Part shown: in pieces, positions 59,581 to 64,000 of the stretch
Layout of the letters: every line of letters begins with the position of its first letter
How positions within the stretch are numbered: position 1 is the first letter of the stretch
NCBI GenBank assembly: GCA_044464225.1
Contig: JBIQLN010000005.1
Location: 31,659 to 95,658 of the forward strand
Direction: 5' to 3'
DNA from: Rhodanobacter sp.
Lineage (GTDB): Bacteria; Pseudomonadota; Gammaproteobacteria; Xanthomonadales; Rhodanobacteraceae
Length of the DNA: 64,000 bases
Notes under the pieces: generated by a model
What the model saw: only the letters and a program-made list of their open reading frames with translations
The model's database searches: none
What the model was told of the DNA's origin: nothing
Made by a program: the position numbers and the translations under genes

Positions 59581-60525
59581 ATGACCGAGGGCTCGTCGCC
59601 CGACGTGACGCCGGTGCACCGTGCCGGCGTGTGCGCGGTGGTGGTCACCTGGCAACCCGACATCGAGGTGCTGCGGCAATTGCTGGCCGCGCTCGCTTCC
59701 CAGGTCGGACACGTCGTGGTCGTGGACAATGGCACGCGTGACCCCGAGTTCCGGGAACTCTGCGCAGCGCGTTCCAACTTGATGCTGGTCGCATTGAAGG
59801 GGAATCACGGACTTGCGCACGCGATCAACGTCGGCATCGAGCGGGCGCGCGGGTTGCCGGGCGTATCGCACGTGCTGCTGATGGACCAGGACAGCGTGCC
59901 GGAAACGGGCATGGTGGACGCATTGCAATCGGCGCTTCAAAAAATCGCCGGCGAACGCGTCGCTGCCGTCGGTCCGTGCTTCCGCGATCCGCGCGAGGCG
60001 GGTGAAGCGCCATTCGTGCGGATCCGTTTTCCGGTCAACGAGAAGGTGAGGTGCAACGGCAAGTGCGACACCATCCGCTGCGATTTCCTCATTTCGTCCG
60101 GCTGCCTGATCCCCCTGGCAGTGCTGGATGACGTGGGTGGAATGGATGGGGCATTGTTCATCGACAACGTGGACCTGGATTGGTGTTTCCGGGCCAGCGC
60201 CGCCGGTTACACCCTGCATGGCGCGTGCGCCGCGCACTTGCGCCACAACCTTGGTGAGAGGCGCCGGCACCTGCCCGGCATACCGCGGAGCATCGTGGTG
60301 CATTCGCCACGGCGCCTGTTCTACATGATGCGCAATCGCGTGTTGCTGTACCGGCGCGCGTACACGCCGGGGCGCTGGATTGCGCAGGATGTCCCGCGCC
60401 TCGTCGTCAAGTTGCTGTTGTTTTCCCTGCTGGTCGGCCCGCGACGGCAAAACGTGCGCTGCATGCTGGCGGGGCTGTGGGCGGGCGCTTGCGGGCGCGC
60501 GACGCAGCCGCCCGCGAATTCCTGA
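59581..60525 (+). CDS. Family 2 glycosyltransferase (rhamnosyltransferase-like)
   Basis: Trimmed to MTEGSSPDV. GT-A pattern VCAVVVTWQPD, VVVDNGT and the DxD-equivalent LMDQDS. Confidence 0.85.
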   Translation: MTEGSSPDVTPVHRAGVCAVVVTWQPDIEVLRQLLAALASQVGHVVVVDNGTRDPEFRELCAARSNLMLVALKGNHGLAHAINVGIERARGLPGVSHVLLMDQDSVPETGMVDALQSALQKIAGERVAAVGPCFRDPREAGEAPFVRIRFPVNEKVRCNGKCDTIRCDFLISSGCLIPLAVLDDVGGMDGALFIDNVDLDWCFRASAAGYTLHGACAAHLRHNLGERRRHLPGIPRSIVVHSPRRLFYMMRNRVLLYRRAYTPGRWIAQDVPRLVVKLLLFSLLVGPRRQNVRCMLAGLWAGACGRATQPPANS

Positions 60526-60528
60526 CGG

Positions 60529-61152
60529 TCAGACGCGCATCAGCTCGCGCACGCGCCGCCTCAGCGTCGGCAGCGTATCGACTTCGAACCACGGGTGCCG
60601 TTGGAACCAGGCGGTATTGCGCGGGCTCGGATGGGGCAGCGGCAGCACGCCGCCGTCGAGGTATTCGCGCCATGCCGAGCAGGTTTCCGTGAGGGTTGCC
60701 TTGCGTCGATTGCCGAGCATGCCGCGGATCGCGTAACCACCGATGGCCAGTGTCAACTGGATGTTCACGAGTGCCGGCATCAATTGCGGATGCCACAGCG
60801 GCGCGCATTCCGGCCGTGGCGGCAGATCACCGGATTCGCCCTTGCCCGGATAACAGAAGCCCATGGGAACGATCGCGACGCGGAGCGGATCGTAGAACGT
60901 GGCATCGTCGATGCCCAGCCACGCGCGCAACTTCTCCCCGCTTTTGTCGTGGAACGGGATGCCCGTTTCGTGCACCTTGCGCCCCGGCGCCTGGCTGACG
61001 ATCAGCAGGCGCGCGTCGGGATGCGCCTGCAGCACCGGCCGACAACCGTGGGGCAGGTGTCGCGCACACACTCGGCACGCACGGATGCGCGCCATGAGCG
61101 CGTCGAAGGACTCGGTCGCCTGAGAGGCGGCCATCGCGACCGATCGATTCAT
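60529..61152 (-). CDS. Uracil-DNA glycosylase superfamily protein
   Basis: Trimmed to MNRSVAMAAS. Contains LLIVSQAPGRKVHETGIPF and LPLPHPSPRN, UDG-superfamily motif A and B equivalents. Confidence 0.85.
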   Translation of the reverse strand: MNRSVAMAASQATESFDALMARIRACRVCARHLPHGCRPVLQAHPDARLLIVSQAPGRKVHETGIPFHDKSGEKLRAWLGIDDATFYDPLRVAIVPMGFCYPGKGESGDLPPRPECAPLWHPQLMPALVNIQLTLAIGGYAIRGMLGNRRKATLTETCSAWREYLDGGVLPLPHPSPRNTAWFQRHPWFEVDTLPTLRRRVRELMRV

Positions 61153-61346
61153 CCGCGCAATTCTAGTCCATCGGGGTGTACCGGCCGAAGCGGTTGTGGC
61201 TGAGCAATCAGGGCGAGCGGGCCAGCAATGTCGAGTGGCGCCCGCATCCAGGATGGCTGTTCGCCGCGCCGCCGCAGGCCCGATCACGCGATGCCTGCAT
61301 GTGCAGCCTGGATGTGGGGCACCGCGCGCGACCGTGGGCGATCGCA

Positions 61347-61892
61347 TCAATCGGTATATTCGAAAACCTGCACCACTTTGTTCACGCCGGCAACGGTGCG
61401 CACGATGTTCACTACCGCTTCGGCTTCCTGGTGGCTGACCAGGCCCATCAGGTAGACATTGCCGTGCGCCGTGCTGACCTTCACCCGGCCCGGATCGAAG
61501 CCGGGCAGGTCGACGTGCAGCAGCGAAGTCTTCACCCGCGCGGTCAGCGAGGCATCGAGCGCCGAACGGCCCACCGACTGCAAAGGCATCACGTCGATGA
61601 GGTTCACGACGCGTTGCACGCCCTCGTAGCCGGTGACGTCGGCTTCGGCCCGCTGCTTCACTTCTTCGGTGCTGGCCTCGCCGATCATCAGCAGCACGCC
61701 GTTGTAGACGCTGGTGCCGATGTGTGCCCGCCCGCCAAGTTCCGGGTCGTTGTCGAGCGCCCGCTGCGCGGTGATCTGCACGTTGCGGTCGTTGAGCAGC
61801 CGATTGAAGCCGCGGCGCGGCGTGAAGACGCTGCACGCGGCGAGCGCGAAGCACAGCGAAAGCAGGGTGGTCAGGACGATCGTCTTGCGCAT
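61347..61892 (-). CDS. dolP: Dual-BON-domain outer-membrane lipoprotein DolP (YraP)
   Basis: Lipobox LCFALAAC and two BON domains (IGTSVYNGVLLMIGEA, VSTAHGNVYLMGLV). Confidence 0.88.
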   Translation of the reverse strand: MRKTIVLTTLLSLCFALAACSVFTPRRGFNRLLNDRNVQITAQRALDNDPELGGRAHIGTSVYNGVLLMIGEASTEEVKQRAEADVTGYEGVQRVVNLIDVMPLQSVGRSALDASLTARVKTSLLHVDLPGFDPGRVKVSTAHGNVYLMGLVSHQEAEAVVNIVRTVAGVNKVVQVFEYTD

Positions 61893-61909
61893 GTCTGGAT
61901 TCCCGGTTT

Positions 61910-62272
61910 TCAGAACATTTCGAACGCGGCGCGTTGCCAGTCACAGCTCGGCGCTCCGGCATCGCCGTCGAACGCTACCACATCGAACCTGCATGGCATC
62001 GAAGCAAATCGGGGATGCGCCTGCAGGAAACCTTGCGCGGCGCGCACGAGCTTCTCGCGTTTGGCCGGACCCACGGAAGCCGCACCACCGCCGAATCGGC
62101 GATGACGCCGGTAGCGGACTTCCACGAACACCAATGTGTCGTCGTCGCGCATTACGAGGTCGAGCTCTCCGAAGCGGGTGCGGTAGTTCCTTTCGACCCG
62201 TTTCAGTCCCGCGCGTTCCAGACAGTCCAGCGCGCGTTGCTCGAAGCGGGTGCCGACCGCAACGGCGGTCAT
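61910..62272 (-). CDS. yraN: YraN-family (UPF0102) endonuclease-like protein
   Basis: Trimmed to MTAVAVGTRFEQRALDCLERAGLKRVERNYRTRFGELDLVMRDDDTLVFVEVRYR, the canonical YraN core. The ATG overlaps the lpoA stop. Confidence 0.88.
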   Translation of the reverse strand: MTAVAVGTRFEQRALDCLERAGLKRVERNYRTRFGELDLVMRDDDTLVFVEVRYRRHRRFGGGAASVGPAKREKLVRAAQGFLQAHPRFASMPCRFDVVAFDGDAGAPSCDWQRAAFEMF

Positions 62273-63867
62273 GGGTCGGTCGGCACCGGGATGTCTTCGG
62301 GTTGCGCCTCCAGCCCCGCCGCCACCGGTCGGGCGATGCCGCCCTGGAATTCCACCCAGATCGGCGTGCGCTGCACGTGGCCGAAAGCGTCCATGGTGAG
62401 TTGCCCCGATGCGCCCGCCACGTAACTGCCCGGATGGGTCCGCATCCAGCCGAGGTAGGGCACCAGCGCGTACGCGTCCATGCCGAAGGCGAACAGGCGT
62501 GCCGCGGGGCCGCTGGCGGTCAGCAGCTGCGAGGCCAGGGTGGTGTGGTCGGGCAGTCCGGCCTGCGCGTCGTACAACCATGGCTCGTCGCAGAAGCGCA
62601 GGCCATCGAGGTCCGCGTCGGCGGTGGCGTCGCCATCGCCCGAATACACCATGGACGTGGAAAACACCGGCAGCGTCGAACGCGCCAGCTTGAGTTGCGG
62701 CAGCAGCAGGCGCGCCTGTGCGGGCCGCAGCAGCGCGACGATTCCGGTCTGCGAGCCCGAACCGGCCAGCGCGGCCTGGATCTGCCCGGCGAAGTCCACG
62801 CTGCCTTGCTGCAGCACGATGTCATTGGCGACCTGGCCACCCAGGCTCTCGAACTGCGACCGGAAGGCGTCGAAAGTGCGCGACGCCGTGTCATCACTGC
62901 CGCGGAACACGATCGCGGCGTGCAGCCCCAGCGTGACCAGGTGGGCGGCGAGTTGCGCGCCTTCGACCTCGGGCAGCAGCGCGAACTCATAGCTGCCGGC
63001 TGGTGTAGGCGTGCTGCCTTGCGGATGGTTGAGCGCCAGCACCGGCACGGGAAGATCGGGTTGCGCGAAAATCGCGCCCACCGCGTCCCGTCCCAGAGGT
63101 CCAACGACCAACGCGGCGCCATCGGCCACGGCCCGGCGGTAGGCGGCGACGCTGCCGTCCGCCGTGCCGCCGGTGTCGTATACGCTGATCGACGGGCGCC
63201 GTTCCCGCGTCACGGGGGTGTGGAAGTACGCGGTGAAAAATCCGTCGCGCACGGCCGCGCCGGCGACCGCGACCGGTCCGGCTGCGGGCAGCAACAGGGC
63301 GACTTTGGCCGGCATCGCGTAGCCCTGCGGTGCCGCCGAGCCCTGCAAGGTGCCGACCGGCTGGTTGGGTTGGGGCAATACCCGTGCTGCCGCGGCGCCG
63401 GGGCGCGCAAGGACTTTCCGGACCCAGGGCTTGACCGGGTCAGCGTCGCCAAGCGACGGGTAAACCTGCACGAGCGATTCACGGCCCATGCCGGCGAGGA
63501 TTGCCATAGCCTGTTGATGCTCGGGCGCCTGCGCAGCGGGCGGCAGTAGTGCGGCACGCTGGACCAGCGATCGCGCCGCGCCCAGCCGATCACCGCTGGC
63601 CAGCTGGGCACGCGCCTGCAGGCCGAGCGCTTGCTGTCGCACTTCGGGCGCCGCATCGGGCGGCACCGCGGCGAGTTGCTTCAGCGCGGCATGGGCGTCG
63701 CCCCGCTGCAACGCGGCATTCGCCGCATGGACGTGTTCGATCCCGGAGCCCGCGCGCGGCCCTTTGCCCGCCTGTTGCTGCGACGGTCCCAGCGTCGCAC
63801 AACCTGCCAGCAGCGCAAACACCGCGAGCAGGGCAGCGATGTGCGCGTGAAACCTGTTCCTCAGCAT
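62269..63867 (-). CDS. lpoA: Penicillin-binding protein activator LpoA
   Basis: Lipobox LLAGC, an N-terminal TPR-like domain and a C-terminal periplasmic-binding-protein-like domain. Conserved position divergent from rsmI. Confidence 0.85.
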   Translation of the reverse strand: MLRNRFHAHIAALLAVFALLAGCATLGPSQQQAGKGPRAGSGIEHVHAANAALQRGDAHAALKQLAAVPPDAAPEVRQQALGLQARAQLASGDRLGAARSLVQRAALLPPAAQAPEHQQAMAILAGMGRESLVQVYPSLGDADPVKPWVRKVLARPGAAAARVLPQPNQPVGTLQGSAAPQGYAMPAKVALLLPAAGPVAVAGAAVRDGFFTAYFHTPVTRERRPSISVYDTGGTADGSVAAYRRAVADGAALVVGPLGRDAVGAIFAQPDLPVPVLALNHPQGSTPTPAGSYEFALLPEVEGAQLAAHLVTLGLHAAIVFRGSDDTASRTFDAFRSQFESLGGQVANDIVLQQGSVDFAGQIQAALAGSGSQTGIVALLRPAQARLLLPQLKLARSTLPVFSTSMVYSGDGDATADADLDGLRFCDEPWLYDAQAGLPDHTTLASQLLTASGPAARLFAFGMDAYALVPYLGWMRTHPGSYVAGASGQLTMDAFGHVQRTPIWVEFQGGIARPVAAGLEAQPEDIPVPTDP

Positions 63868-63940
63868 GCCGTTTCCATGCGCCCGTGGCGCGGTCTTTTC
63901 GGCGATGATAACGGATCATGCTGCAGCATCAGGTTCTCAC

Positions 63941-64000
63941 ATGAACGCGCGCAAGGCGGGGATTCTCCGGGTGGTTGCCACGCCCATCGGCAATCTGGGC
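63941..64000 (+). CDS. rsmI: 16S rRNA (cytidine1402-2'-O)-methyltransferase RsmI, 5' fragment (runs off window)
   Basis: MNARKAGILRVVATPIGNLG matches the RsmI N-terminal VVATPIGNLGD motif. Divergent from lpoA as in E. coli. Confidence 0.7.
   Translation, partial: MNARKAGILRVVATPIGNLG

Noticed and set aside
61714-63549. 611-aa plus-strand ORF across dolP, yraN and lpoA
   Set aside because: It spans three well-supported minus-strand genes, and its composition is Arg/Gly-rich.

Overview
GC-rich (by eye about two-thirds G+C, not computed) chromosomal segment. Gene content and order fit a Xanthomonadales-type gammaproteobacterium, for example a PhoP close to what I recall of Xanthomonas PhoP. 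Most of it is conserved housekeeping synteny: mreBCD-mrdA-rodA; dusA; PepSY-phoP-phoQ; birA-coaX-SPOR; tRNA-Thr; aspS; yebC-ruvC-ruvA, with kup and a small basic protein inserted before ruvB; ybgC-tolQRAB-pal-cpoB-queC; tRNA-Lys; glnS; apt; petABC; sspAB; relA; and rsmI divergent from lpoA-yraN-dolP. I saw no CRISPR array, IS element, integrase, phage gene or recognisable defence module. The less ordinary parts are: (1) a PEP-CTERM-anchored nidogen-like protein with a sigma-54-like promoter; (2) a compact minus-strand operon at about 39.1-42.8 kb (NIPSNAP, YgeA-type racemase, secreted alpha/beta-hydrolase, deaminase, possibly a TVP38 protein) facing a long ArsR-type regulator, my best candidate for an uncharacterised system; (3) a stress-type set of small membrane or periplasmic proteins; (4) a diverged tandem copy of the kup 3' end; (5) REP-like structured repeats at 194-382 and 47664-47779. 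The many long opposite-strand ORFs in the track are high-GC artefacts. All family assignments come from motifs read by eye and from memory, and no searches were run.
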